64,000 nt of DNA from Polyangiaceae bacterium (GTDB taxonomy: Bacteria > Myxococcota_A > Polyangia > Polyangiales > Polyangiaceae): assembly GCA_965222375.1 (NCBI GenBank), contig CBDCTZ010000016.1, forward strand, positions 1,824,001-1,888,000. Direction: 5' to 3'. Below, piece by piece: positions 19,661 to 29,292 of the stretch (its first letter is position 1; every line of letters starts with the position of its first letter). The notes beneath the pieces are model-generated. The model saw only the letters and a list, made by a program, of their open reading frames with translations. It ran no database searches and was not told the DNA's origin. A program made the position numbers and the translations under genes.

Positions 19661-20506
19661 GTGGGCGAGGTGCTGCTCAGCGAGATCTTGACCGCCGGGG
19701 GGATCATGTTTGGGGTCGCATTGACCTTCGGCGTGATACTGGCGATCGCGAATAGCAAGCTGCGCGTGCAGGAAGATCCCCGCATTGATGAGGTCGAGTC
19801 GATGTTGCCCGGCACGAACTGCGGCGCCTGCGGCGAGCCTGGTTGTCGAGCTTTTGCCGAAGTGGTCGTTGCAGGAAGCCAGCAGGCCAGCGCCTGCACC
19901 GTGAGTAGCCCGGAAGGCATCACCGACATCGCCAGTTTCCTGGGAGTGGATGCCGGTGTGCGGGAGAAGCGCGTGGCTCGCTTGCATTGTGCTGGAGGAA
20001 AATCGTCGGTGCGGCGCCTCGCGGACTACGACGGCATGCGGTCGTGTCGCGCGGCTTTCATCGTCAACGGCGGCGGCCGCGCCTGCGCGTGGGGCTGCTT
20101 GGGCATGGCGGACTGCGAAAAGGCTTGCACCTTCGACGCCATCGCCATGAGCGACGAGGACTTGCCAGTAGTCGACGTCGACAAATGCACGGCCTGCAAC
20201 GACTGCGTGGATGCCTGCCCGCTCGACCTCTTCACGATTGAGCCCCTGAACAATCCGATTGTGGTGCAGTGCGCGAGCCCTCTTGCGGGGTCGGCGGCTA
20301 CGGCAGCGTGCACCGTGGCATGCGACGCCTGTGGCCGCTGCGCCCTCGACGCTGCCGATGGCGCGATCGTGATGACGAACGGGTTGCCGAAACTGATGAG
20401 CCCGTCACGCCTGGATGTCAGCTGTACTGTGCGCTGCCCCACAGGCGCGATCCAACTCGTTGACGGCAACCAGTTTCAGCGGCGAAAGCTCAAGGTGGTG
20501 GCATGA
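19661..20506 (+). CDS. rnfB: Rnf complex subunit B
   Basis: N-terminal TM; LPGTNCGACGEPGC; CLGMADCEKACTFDAI; CTACNDCVDACP. Confidence 0.92.
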   Translation: MGEVLLSEILTAGGIMFGVALTFGVILAIANSKLRVQEDPRIDEVESMLPGTNCGACGEPGCRAFAEVVVAGSQQASACTVSSPEGITDIASFLGVDAGVREKRVARLHCAGGKSSVRRLADYDGMRSCRAAFIVNGGGRACAWGCLGMADCEKACTFDAIAMSDEDLPVVDVDKCTACNDCVDACPLDLFTIEPLNNPIVVQCASPLAGSAATAACTVACDACGRCALDAADGAIVMTNGLPKLMSPSRLDVSCTVRCPTGAIQLVDGNQFQRRKLKVVA

Positions 20507-23500
20507 GTAGCTGGGCACGGCTGGCGGCGCGCTTCATACGAGAACTCGGAGGTCGAGGGAAACCGCAGCAGAGCGACGCACCACCCACTCGAGACATTCG
20601 CACTGGTGCCCACGCCGCCTTGGCCGTCGAGGTCAGCGGCAGCGAGCGGATCCTGCGAAACTTGGCGGCGGGCGAGACTCGACCGGGTCGGGATCGGCCC
20701 ATCGGGCAGAATGCATTCGGCGCCGAGGTGCGCGAGATCATCGGAGATGATGCCACGGCGACCTTTGCTGCCGCCACGGGTTGTGCGCTCGGGGGGCAGC
20801 GCGCAGCGGTGCTCATGGGGGAGGCGAACTTGAGTGACTGCCACGCACCGCTTCTGTCTGCGGTCGCACGACGCGTGCCGCTGCTGGTGCATGCGGTGAC
20901 GTCTGCGGATACAGGTTCCGCTGCGACCCACGGCGCGAGGGGCCACGCCGCGTACCACTCTCTGGCGGACGCGGGAGCAATCCTCGCTCTGGCGGAGGAT
21001 GCCCAGCAGGCTGTGGACAAGGCGTTGATAGCTCGCCGCGCTGCTGAACGAGCTCTCACTTGTGCCGTGGTCGGGATGGATGGTCCCGAGACTGCGTGGG
21101 CGCCGTCGTCGCTCGTATTGCCCGATGCCGAGTTGGTGCGCGAGATGCTCGGTGCTCCAGGCGATGAGGTCGATACACCGACGCCGGAGCAGCGTTTTCT
21201 CTTTGGTGCAACCAGGCGGCGGGTGCCACGTTGGTTCGATCCCGACCGCCCTGCTTCACACGGAATGCAGCAAAGCGGCGGCGACCTGGCAGTGGCGCTG
21301 GCGGGGCAACGCGTGTTCGTGGCCAAGCCGGTGCTCGAGGCGTTGCAAGAAAGCATCGCGGAATACGAGCGACTCACGGGAAGTCGCCTGGACCTGACTT
21401 CGCGCTACCGCATGGAGCGGGCGGACTACGTCTTCGTGGCGCAAGGTGTCGCCCTTGGTGCGCTGCGCGCCTTGTCGGACTACTTGCTGAAGGAGCGCAA
21501 GATCAAGGTGGGCGTTTTGGGAATCGAGTGGCTGCGCCCCCTCGATAGCGCTGCCATCGCCGAGGCCTTGCGCGATGCCAAGGCAGTTGCGGTTCTCGAG
21601 CGCACCACGGATCCCCTCGCTCAAGGCGGGCCGCTGCTGCGCGAGGTACAGAGCGCCGCTGCTGTTCAAAGCCACCGCAAGCTCTTGCATGCGGTGTACG
21701 GCGTCGGCGGCCAGCCCCTGGCCAATGCCGAGCTGCTGGCCTTGTTCGAGCACATGAAGCAAGGCGACGCCGGGCGTCGAAGCGTGATGCTTGGCGTATC
21801 GCCTCCCGAGATCCAGAGCGACCACCCACGCCGGGAAGCACTGACCCAACGCGTGAGGGCCGAGTTTCCCAAGCTCGGAGCGGAGACCCTCAGGCTCGAT
21901 GCGCTCCTAGACCTGCGGCCCGAAGGCGCCAAGAGTGCAGCCATTTGGGCACGCGAAAGCGAATCATCGGACTTGGATCTCGAGGCGGCGGCGCAGGCCT
22001 TCGCTGCCGTAGGCGGAGGCTTCGTGAAGAGCCGGGTCAGTGTCGGGGAGCAGGGCACCTGGACCATCGAGCTGACCGCGGCCAAGGAGGCCTTCACGGA
22101 TCCCGCGTGCATGGTGTGGCACGACCTCGCAGTCGTGGCCACGCCAGAGCTGCCTGGAGCTCTCAACCCGTTGTCGCGGGTCGCGCGCCAGGGCCAGGTG
22201 CTGCTCGCCAGTCCGCTCAGCCCCGAAGCTCTATGGAAGGAGCTGCCCGAGACCTGGCGCGCCGCGATTCGCGAGCGCGAGCTGCGGCTGTTCGTTTGCG
22301 ACGCGCCTCTGTCAGCCCTCGTGACTGCCATCCCCTGGCTGGCTGGTGCCGAAGAAAGGCCCGCCCTCGAACTCACCAAACTCGAGTGGCGTGATCTCGC
22401 GGAGGCACCAGCACGTGCCGAGCACGCGCCGCCTCTTGCCGTGCGCCGCTTTGCCAACTTGAGGCGCCGCTACGACAATCTGCCCCGGTTCTGGACCGAA
22501 CTAGCCCTGCCCCGTCTCGAGCGCGGCGGCGCCGAACCCGCACCGGACCCGTATCTGTCCCTGGCTGCCGTGCCGCCGTCCACATCGAGTTTGTTTGAAG
22601 TCGCGGTCCACAAGAATCGCTTGCCTCTGTTGGAGATGGAAAAGTGCATTGGCTGTGGCGCCTGCTGGACCGCCTGTCCGGATTCGGCCATCGTGCCAGG
22701 CGTCATCGGCACGGAAGCGTTGCTCAATGCCGCAGCGGACCAGGCCGCTACCCCGGGGGCTGCTAACCCCATCGCCGACAAGCTGCGTCGAGCGCATCGC
22801 CAGTTGGCAGCGCGGGTCGATGGCCGTCTTGCCAAGGGCAAGGCCAAGGAGCTCGACGAGTCGCTACTTCGAGACAGCTACGCCTGGCTCGTCGAACAAA
22901 TGAAAGTCGGCGCGGACGAGCGCGCCCAGTACGATCAGGCGTTTGAAGCAACCCTCAACGTGGTCCAAAAGCTAGCGTTTGCCGCGACCGAGCCCTTTTT
23001 CCACGCGCCCCATGCGGACAAGAAGAGTAGCGGGGAACTCGTCACCCTGAGTGTGAACCCCGCGGCTTGTCAGGGATGTGGCGGTTGCAGCGCCGTGTGC
23101 TCGGAGAACGCTATTGTCGTCGGTCAGCGCAGCGACGATGCCGTGCAGCATGCTGCAGCTGGCTGGTCCGTGTGGGAGCGGTTGCCAGATCCGAGCGGGG
23201 ACAGCGTGGCGCGTGCGGCGAGCTGCCCCGGGGTCGGCAACATGGCGGCCGTGATGAGCTCCCGCCACACCCTGCTTGCTGTGACCGGTGGAGGTGGCCA
23301 CGAACCTGGCTCCGGGGCCCGCGTCGGCACGCGACTGGTGGCAGCGGTGGCCGAATTCGACAAGCAACGACGCATGTTGACCCAGGTGCGCGCCCTCGAG
23401 GACTTGAGCAAACGTCTCAAGGAAGCTCTACACGGCACCCTGGCGGGCGGCCTGCCCAGCGACGATCTGGCAGCCTTGGAGCGAGCGCTAGATGGCGTGC

Positions 23501-24849
23501 CGGACCGCACGGCCAATGTGAGTGCGTTGGTGGCGGGATTGGAAAAGCAAGGTGCCCACTCGACCGTGGACAGCGAGGCTGCGCGTCGACTGGTAGCCTA
23601 TGCCAAGAACATCGACGCGACGGTGTCGGATCTCAAGAGCGGCCAAGATGGGATGGGGCGCTCGCGCTTTGGACTCGTCGTTGCTGGCCAACCCTTGGCG
23701 GAGTGGGCTGCCGAGTTTCCCCGAAACCCCTTTGCCGTCCCGGTTGTCGTGGACCTGTCGAGCCAGGCTCTCGACGTGGCGTTGGGACTGGCGGAAAGCA
23801 TGCTGGCGCGCCATGCAGCGCAGATCCGGCTTTCGCGCCTCGCCGAGGCGTCCCTCCTGCCGCCCGCGGACGCGGCTGCCGCTGAGCCGGAGCTCGAGCA
23901 CTTGGCTTGGCAACAGCTCAGCGGTGCGGAGTTGTCGTCTTGTCCGGCCGTGATCGTGTTGGCGGGGCCAGAGGTGTTCAGCGCCGGCGCCCACGCGGGG
24001 TTGTCCCGAGTGTTGGCGTCACGCCTGCCGGTCAAGGTCGTCGTGTTGGACGGGCGGGAGCGTTGGCTCGGTTCCACCGAGCCAGTGTTGCCCTTCGTAA
24101 CGCAGCGGCGAGCCTTCATCTTGTCGTCAACAATTGCCCACCACGAGCATCTGTTCTCGGGATTCTCCCAAGCTCTGCAACACCCCGGGCCCGCGCTGGC
24201 TCATATCTACACGCCGAGCCCCGGGCGCCACGGCTTTGACAGCGCGGACACCGTTGCCCGAGCTCGCGCCGCCGTGGACAGTCGCCTCCATCCTCTCTTC
24301 GTCTGGGACCCGGAGCAGCCGGGTGTATTCGGCAGTCGGTTTTCTCTAGCTGGCAACCCTGCACCGGCGTCGCCATGGTGCTCTCAGGACGCGAACGTTC
24401 CGACCACGCCTGCCCACTTCGCGCTGGGGGAGAAGCGCTTTGCCGAACACTTCGTGGAGCGCGACGGCAGGAAAGTGCCGCTAGAAGACTGGCTGGTTTC
24501 GAGTGGCGACGAGCGCGCAGGGACCGTGCCCGTCGTGGTGGCCGGCAGCATGGAGTGCGTGTTGGATGAAGCCTTGGCCGAGGGCGTGCTCGAGCGTTTT
24601 GAGAACTGGCGCACCCTGCAAGAGTTGGCTGGGGTGGTCACGCCTTTCACCGCGGAGGTCAGTGATCGCGCGAAGCAGGAGGTCGATCAGGAGCACCGAA
24701 AGGCTATCGAAGCGCTGCGCCAAGAGTACGAGCAGAAGCTGGCTGCGACGCGTGCATCACAAACCGTCGAGGCTACCCTGCGGCTGCGGGAGCGACTGAT
24801 TCAGCTCGCCGGCTACCAACGCTCGCGTTCTGGGGAAGAGCCCTCATGA
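20503..24849 (+). CDS. Large PFOR/NifJ-fold protein with 2x[4Fe-4S] domain and no catalytic motifs
   Basis: ADYVFVAQG, WLRPL, VLER, YGVGGQP; CIGCGACWTACP and CQGCGGCSAVC present; YPITP, GACxGC and GDG absent. Confidence 0.82.
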   Translation: MSSWARLAARFIRELGGRGKPQQSDAPPTRDIRTGAHAALAVEVSGSERILRNLAAGETRPGRDRPIGQNAFGAEVREIIGDDATATFAAATGCALGGQRAAVLMGEANLSDCHAPLLSAVARRVPLLVHAVTSADTGSAATHGARGHAAYHSLADAGAILALAEDAQQAVDKALIARRAAERALTCAVVGMDGPETAWAPSSLVLPDAELVREMLGAPGDEVDTPTPEQRFLFGATRRRVPRWFDPDRPASHGMQQSGGDLAVALAGQRVFVAKPVLEALQESIAEYERLTGSRLDLTSRYRMERADYVFVAQGVALGALRALSDYLLKERKIKVGVLGIEWLRPLDSAAIAEALRDAKAVAVLERTTDPLAQGGPLLREVQSAAAVQSHRKLLHAVYGVGGQPLANAELLALFEHMKQGDAGRRSVMLGVSPPEIQSDHPRREALTQRVRAEFPKLGAETLRLDALLDLRPEGAKSAAIWARESESSDLDLEAAAQAFAAVGGGFVKSRVSVGEQGTWTIELTAAKEAFTDPACMVWHDLAVVATPELPGALNPLSRVARQGQVLLASPLSPEALWKELPETWRAAIRERELRLFVCDAPLSALVTAIPWLAGAEERPALELTKLEWRDLAEAPARAEHAPPLAVRRFANLRRRYDNLPRFWTELALPRLERGGAEPAPDPYLSLAAVPPSTSSLFEVAVHKNRLPLLEMEKCIGCGACWTACPDSAIVPGVIGTEALLNAAADQAATPGAANPIADKLRRAHRQLAARVDGRLAKGKAKELDESLLRDSYAWLVEQMKVGADERAQYDQAFEATLNVVQKLAFAATEPFFHAPHADKKSSGELVTLSVNPAACQGCGGCSAVCSENAIVVGQRSDDAVQHAAAGWSVWERLPDPSGDSVARAASCPGVGNMAAVMSSRHTLLAVTGGGGHEPGSGARVGTRLVAAVAEFDKQRRMLTQVRALEDLSKRLKEALHGTLAGGLPSDDLAALERALDGVPDRTANVSALVAGLEKQGAHSTVDSEAARRLVAYAKNIDATVSDLKSGQDGMGRSRFGLVVAGQPLAEWAAEFPRNPFAVPVVVDLSSQALDVALGLAESMLARHAAQIRLSRLAEASLLPPADAAAAEPELEHLAWQQLSGAELSSCPAVIVLAGPEVFSAGAHAGLSRVLASRLPVKVVVLDGRERWLGSTEPVLPFVTQRRAFILSSTIAHHEHLFSGFSQALQHPGPALAHIYTPSPGRHGFDSADTVARARAAVDSRLHPLFVWDPEQPGVFGSRFSLAGNPAPASPWCSQDANVPTTPAHFALGEKRFAEHFVERDGRKVPLEDWLVSSGDERAGTVPVVVAGSMECVLDEALAEGVLERFENWRTLQELAGVVTPFTAEVSDRAKQEVDQEHRKAIEALRQEYEQKLAATRASQTVEATLRLRERLIQLAGYQRSRSGEEPS

Positions 24850-26180
24850 GTCTCGCCGTCGCCCCCGGCTCCCCGCTTACCTTTCGCCATGGTGTGCATC
24901 CTTCGGAGCACAAGCAGGCGACCCATGAGCTGACTATCGAGCGCATGCCCTTCGTCGATGAGTACCTTCTGCCCCTCAATCAGCACATCGGGGCTCCCTG
25001 CAGGCCCACGGTGTCCGTGGGAGAGACGGTGCATCGCGGACAGATCATTGCGGAGCCCGGGGGATTCGTCTCCGTGGCGCTGCATGCTCCAGTGACAGGC
25101 ACCGTCAAGGCTATCGAGCTGCGCCCGCATGCGAACGGCAAGAGGGTGCAGACCATCGTGCTCAGCGCGGACGCCTATTCGAGTCAGAAGATCACACCAC
25201 TGACGGTGCCGGATCCAAGCTCGAGCAGTGCCGGAGACTTGATTGACTGCATTCAGCAAGGGGGGCTCGTCGGGTTGGGCGGAGCGGCCTTCCCGACCCA
25301 CGTCAAGCTGTCCGTGCCCAAGGGCAAGCGTGTCAGCTTCGTGATGCTCAACGGGTGCGAGTGCGAGCCCTACCTGACCTGCGATCACCGAGTGATGAGT
25401 GAACGCTCCGAAGCCGTGAAGCGCGGTCTCGATTTGATCATGCAGCTCACCGGAGCCGAGCGGGGATACATCGGTGTCGAGAACAACAAACCGGATGCGA
25501 TAGCAGCTCTGCAGGCCGCTGCCGCTAGCGACAACGTTCAGGTCGTCGGGTTGCAGGTGAAGTACCCCCAGGGCGCAGAGAAGATGTTGATTGACGCGAT
25601 CCTGAAGAAAGAGGTGCCTAGTGGCGGCCTACCTCTGGATCTGGAGATCGTGGTTCAGAACGTGGGGACTGCTGCAGCGCTCGCCGATCTCTTCGACCGT
25701 GGTCAGCCGTTGATCGAGCGCGCGGTCACCATCACCGGCCCGGGCGTCCGACGCCCCATGAACTTGCTGGTGCCCATTGGCACTCCCGTCGGTGAAGTGA
25801 TCGACCACTGTGGCGGTCTGCTGCCTGACGCCAAGCAAGTCGTGCTCGGGGGGCCCATGATGGGCATGGCACAGAAAGACCTGAACGTGCCGGTCATGAA
25901 AGGCACCAGTGGGATCTTGGTTCTACGCGAGGTTCCGCAGGTATTCGAGGAGGAGCCGTGTATTCGCTGCGGTAGGTGCGTCGAGGCGTGCCCGATGTTC
26001 TTGAATCCGTCGCGCCTGGCGCAGCTCACGCGGGCCGAGCGGACCGAAGAGCTCAAGGAGTTCTTCGTGCTGGATTGCTTCGAGTGCGCGAGCTGTTCCT
26101 TCTCATGTCCCTCACACATCCCGCTCGTGCAACTCATCCGCATGGGCAAGGCGTTGGTGCGCCAGAGGGATGCCCGGTGA
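24846..26180 (+). CDS. rnfC: Rnf complex subunit C
   Basis: QHIGAP, GLGGAAFPTHVK, NGCECEPYLTCD, KYPQGAEK, GGPMMG, CIRCGRCVEACP, CFECASCSFSCP. Confidence 0.95.
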   Translation: MSLAVAPGSPLTFRHGVHPSEHKQATHELTIERMPFVDEYLLPLNQHIGAPCRPTVSVGETVHRGQIIAEPGGFVSVALHAPVTGTVKAIELRPHANGKRVQTIVLSADAYSSQKITPLTVPDPSSSSAGDLIDCIQQGGLVGLGGAAFPTHVKLSVPKGKRVSFVMLNGCECEPYLTCDHRVMSERSEAVKRGLDLIMQLTGAERGYIGVENNKPDAIAALQAAAASDNVQVVGLQVKYPQGAEKMLIDAILKKEVPSGGLPLDLEIVVQNVGTAAALADLFDRGQPLIERAVTITGPGVRRPMNLLVPIGTPVGEVIDHCGGLLPDAKQVVLGGPMMGMAQKDLNVPVMKGTSGILVLREVPQVFEEEPCIRCGRCVEACPMFLNPSRLAQLTRAERTEELKEFFVLDCFECASCSFSCPSHIPLVQLIRMGKALVRQRDAR

Positions 26181-27172
26181 CAAGCCCCGCCCAACAGCTC
26201 TCGATTACGACCGCACCCTTCGTGCACGGCGCGCCCAGCACTCGCTTCGTGATGCTCGAGGTCGTTGCCGCCACTCTGCCGGTGATCGGCGTAGCGACCT
26301 ATTACTTTGGCGTTACGGCCCTGATGCTGGTTGGCGCCTCAGTCGTGGGCGCCGCGGGTACGGAATGGCTCTTGTCCGGCCGTAAAGGTCTGGACACCTT
26401 GCGCGACGGCTCGGGGCTCCTGACCGGGATCCTGCTGGCACTGACCCTACCCCCGGCGATCCCTCTGTGGATGGCGTTCCTGGGCGGCGTCGTCGCCATT
26501 GCCCTAGGCAAGACCATTTGGGGTGGTCTCGGGCGCAACTTGTTCAACCCGGCCCTGGTGGGGCGCGCATTCCTCCAGGCCTCGTTCCCGGTGACGATGA
26601 CCACTTGGGTCGCATCCGGTCGCGGCTTCCTTCACCTGGAGCCCAGCACTCTTGCCGCTCCACTGATGAAGTCGAAAGTCGACGTCGTCACCGCGGCATC
26701 GCCCCTGGGGCTAGCGAAATTCGAGCAGCAGTTCACGGAGCTCAAGCCGCTGTTGCTCGGTAGCGTTTCCGGGTCACTGGGGGAGACCGCGGGCGTCGTG
26801 TTGCTGCTTTGCGGGTTGTGGCTCGCCGCGCGTCGGATCTTCGATTGGAGGCTGACGGTCTCGACGCTGCTCTCGGTGGCTGTTCTGAGTGCGATCTTCT
26901 TCGCGATCGCCCCTGACAAATACCCGAGTCCGCTGTTCATGCTCGCATCGGGTGGGTTGCTGTTTGGGGCGGTGTTCATGGTGACGGATCCCGTCACGAC
27001 GCCCCTCACGCCCAAGGGCGCGTGGATCTTCGGGCTGGGCGTAGGCGTGCTCGTGGTCCTGATCCGGCTGTTCGGTGGGCTGCCCGAGGGAGTGATGTAC
27101 GCCATCTTGCTGATGAATGGCGTGACCCCGCTCATCGACAAGAGGACTCAACCGCGTAGGTTTGGAGGCTGA
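26177..27172 (+). CDS. rnfD: Rnf complex subunit D
   Basis: GGLGRNLFNPALVGRAF, DVVTAASPL flavinylation-like site, GSLGET, FMVTDPVTTP, GLPEGVMYAIL. Confidence 0.95.
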   Translation: MTSPAQQLSITTAPFVHGAPSTRFVMLEVVAATLPVIGVATYYFGVTALMLVGASVVGAAGTEWLLSGRKGLDTLRDGSGLLTGILLALTLPPAIPLWMAFLGGVVAIALGKTIWGGLGRNLFNPALVGRAFLQASFPVTMTTWVASGRGFLHLEPSTLAAPLMKSKVDVVTAASPLGLAKFEQQFTELKPLLLGSVSGSLGETAGVVLLLCGLWLAARRIFDWRLTVSTLLSVAVLSAIFFAIAPDKYPSPLFMLASGGLLFGAVFMVTDPVTTPLTPKGAWIFGLGVGVLVVLIRLFGGLPEGVMYAILLMNGVTPLIDKRTQPRRFGG

Positions 27173-27863
27173 GGTGAGCGAGCACAAGGAACCGAGTTCA
27201 GTGCGCCTCGCGGGAAGCCTTGCCATTGCCGGGCTGCTATCCGGGCTGCTCCTCGTGGGTGTCTTTCTCGCGACCAAGCCCCGGATTCAACGCAATCGGG
27301 CCGAGGCACTGCGTGAAGCCATCTACAAGGTCTTGCCGGGCACGACGGACATCGAAGCATTCAAACTCGACGGCCAGGCCCTGGCGCGCTTCGAAGGCGA
27401 TCCCGGAGCGCCGACCAAAGCGACCCTGGTCTACCGCGGGAAGAACGACCAAGGCGGCGCAGTGGGGTGGGCCGTTCCGGCATCTGGGCCGGGGTTCCAA
27501 GACGACATCGTGTTGATCTACGGCTTCGATCCCAAGCGTCGTGCGGTGATCGGGATGGAAGTGCTCGAGAGCCGCGAGACGCCAGGTCTGGGCGACAAGA
27601 TCGCCTTCGACGAACAATTCCGCGCAAACTTCAAGGAGCTACACGTCCATCCCGAGCTGAAGCTCGTCAAGAAGGGAGAAAAGACGGCTCCCAATCAGGT
27701 GGACGCCATCACAGGTGCGACGATCTCCTGTCGAGCGGTCGTCAATATTCTCAGCAAGAGCACTTCCGAGTGGATGCCTCGCCTGGATGCGGTTGGGAAA
27801 GAGACCAGCCAATCTGCCGCGAGCGCCAAATCCTCCAAGACTGCCATGGGCGCGGGTAGGTGA
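27162..27863 (+). CDS. rnfG: Rnf complex subunit G (FMN-binding); start may be GTG 27174
   Basis: TM anchor, ETPGLGDKI, VDAITGATIS. Confidence 0.92.
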   Translation: MEAEVSEHKEPSSVRLAGSLAIAGLLSGLLLVGVFLATKPRIQRNRAEALREAIYKVLPGTTDIEAFKLDGQALARFEGDPGAPTKATLVYRGKNDQGGAVGWAVPASGPGFQDDIVLIYGFDPKRRAVIGMEVLESRETPGLGDKIAFDEQFRANFKELHVHPELKLVKKGEKTAPNQVDAITGATISCRAVVNILSKSTSEWMPRLDAVGKETSQSAASAKSSKTAMGAGR

Positions 27864-28528
27864 GCATGGCGAGCGACACCGACAGAGTTGCCTGGCCTGA
27901 ATTCACCAAAGGACTTTGGCGGGAGAACCCGGTCTTCATTGCCGTGTTGGGTTTGTGTCCGGCGTTAGCCGTAACCAACTCGCTGAAGAACGGACTCGTG
28001 ATGGGGCTCGCCACGATGTTCGTGTTGTTGGGGTCGAGTACGCTGGTTTCCCTACTTCGAAAGGTCATTCCGAAGCCGGTACGCATTTCGACCTACATCA
28101 TCATCATCGCTACGTTCGTGACCACCGTGGACTTCTTGCTTGCGGCGTTGATGCCCGTGGCTCACAAGCAGCTGGGTGCGTTCATCGCGCTCATCGTAGC
28201 CAACTGCATGATCCTCGGGCGCGCAGAAGCTTTTGCCGCCAAGAACCGGGTCGGACTGGCGGTTGCAGACGCCATGGGCATGGCGGGTGGCTTCACCCTC
28301 GCCTTGGCGATGATCGGTGGCATTCGCGAAGTCTTGGGAAGTGGCACGTTGCTTGGCCTGCCGGTCATGGGCAGTCAGTTCGAACCCTGGGCTATCATGG
28401 TGCTGCCGCCTGGCGGGTTCCTGTGCCTCGGCGTACTGCTGACTGCCTTTGCCTGGGTGAAGAAGCGCCGAGAGCGCAAGCTGCGCACGTCCACGGCATC
28501 ATCTGGCATTGAAGGCGAGGTGGCGTGA
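27860..28528 (+). CDS. rnfE: Rnf complex subunit E
   Basis: ENPVFIAVLGLCPALAVT, LIVANCMILGRAEAFA, LPPGGF. Confidence 0.95.
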   Translation: MSMASDTDRVAWPEFTKGLWRENPVFIAVLGLCPALAVTNSLKNGLVMGLATMFVLLGSSTLVSLLRKVIPKPVRISTYIIIIATFVTTVDFLLAALMPVAHKQLGAFIALIVANCMILGRAEAFAAKNRVGLAVADAMGMAGGFTLALAMIGGIREVLGSGTLLGLPVMGSQFEPWAIMVLPPGGFLCLGVLLTAFAWVKKRRERKLRTSTASSGIEGEVA

Positions 28529-29115
28529 TGGGCGACGCCGCAGAGCTAGCGTTCATCTTCGCGTCGGCGAGTGTGATCAACAATTTCACCCTGGCCTACT
28601 TCTTGGGCTTGTGCCCCTTCTTCGGAGTAACTAGCCGATTAGACACAGCATTTCGCCTCGGTCTGGCGAACATATTCGTGCTGCTGATCACCTCCTTCGC
28701 GGCTTGGGTGCTCAATAGCTTCGTCCTCGAGCACGCCCCCTACCTTCGCTTGATCAGCTTCATCGTGGTCATTGCCAGCACTGTGCAGTTCGTGGAAATG
28801 GCAACCAAGAAGCTCAGCCCGGCGCTGTTCCGGGCGTTGGGCATCTTTCTGCCACTCATCACGACCAACTGCGCCATCTTGGGTTTGGCGCTGTTTCAAA
28901 CCAGCCGGGGATACGGGCTGGTCCAGGGGCTGGTTTACGCGACTGGGGCCGGGGTCGGGCTCACTCTGGCCCTGGTGATCATGGCAGGCATCCGAGAGGA
29001 AGCGGACATCAATGGTGTGCCGGACCTCGTGCGAGGCACAGCCATGAGCTTCTTCATTGCGGGGATCTTGTCCATGGCTTTCATGGGCTTCGCAGGGTTG
29101 TTCTCCAATGCCTGA
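28525..29115 (+). CDS. rnfA: Rnf complex subunit A
   Basis: NNFTLAYFLGLCPF, LGIFLPLITTNCAILG, MAFMGF. Confidence 0.95.
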   Translation: MMGDAAELAFIFASASVINNFTLAYFLGLCPFFGVTSRLDTAFRLGLANIFVLLITSFAAWVLNSFVLEHAPYLRLISFIVVIASTVQFVEMATKKLSPALFRALGIFLPLITTNCAILGLALFQTSRGYGLVQGLVYATGAGVGLTLALVIMAGIREEADINGVPDLVRGTAMSFFIAGILSMAFMGFAGLFSNA

Positions 29116-29123
29116 GGTGGACC

Positions 29124-29285
29124 ATGACTGAGGTTCTCGCAGTCCTTGGTCTGGCGCTGATGTGTGGCGCGTGGGTGCTGATCCAGCGTCGCGCCGAGCG
29201 AGAGGGTTGCAGTGGCGGTGGCGGATGCGGCGCCTGCGGCGGAGGCAGGTGCACCAAACAAATGGCGGATTCAGAGACTAGTTGA
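29124..29285 (+). CDS. 53-aa single-TM Cys-rich peptide (resembles FeoB-associated Cys-rich membrane peptides); not in the ORF track
   Basis: Hand translation MTEVLAVLGLALMCGAWVLIQRRAEREGCSGGGGCGACGGGRCTKQMADSETS; GAGG upstream; fills the rnfA-ferritin gap. Confidence 0.75.
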   Translation: MTEVLAVLGLALMCGAWVLIQRRAEREGCSGGGGCGACGGGRCTKQMADSETS

Positions 29286-29292
29286 GAGAGAC

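Noticed and set aside
19661..29115. Nitrogen-fixation-linked rnf/nifJ cluster
   Set aside because: No nif structural genes in the window, and the NifJ-like proteins lack catalytic motifs
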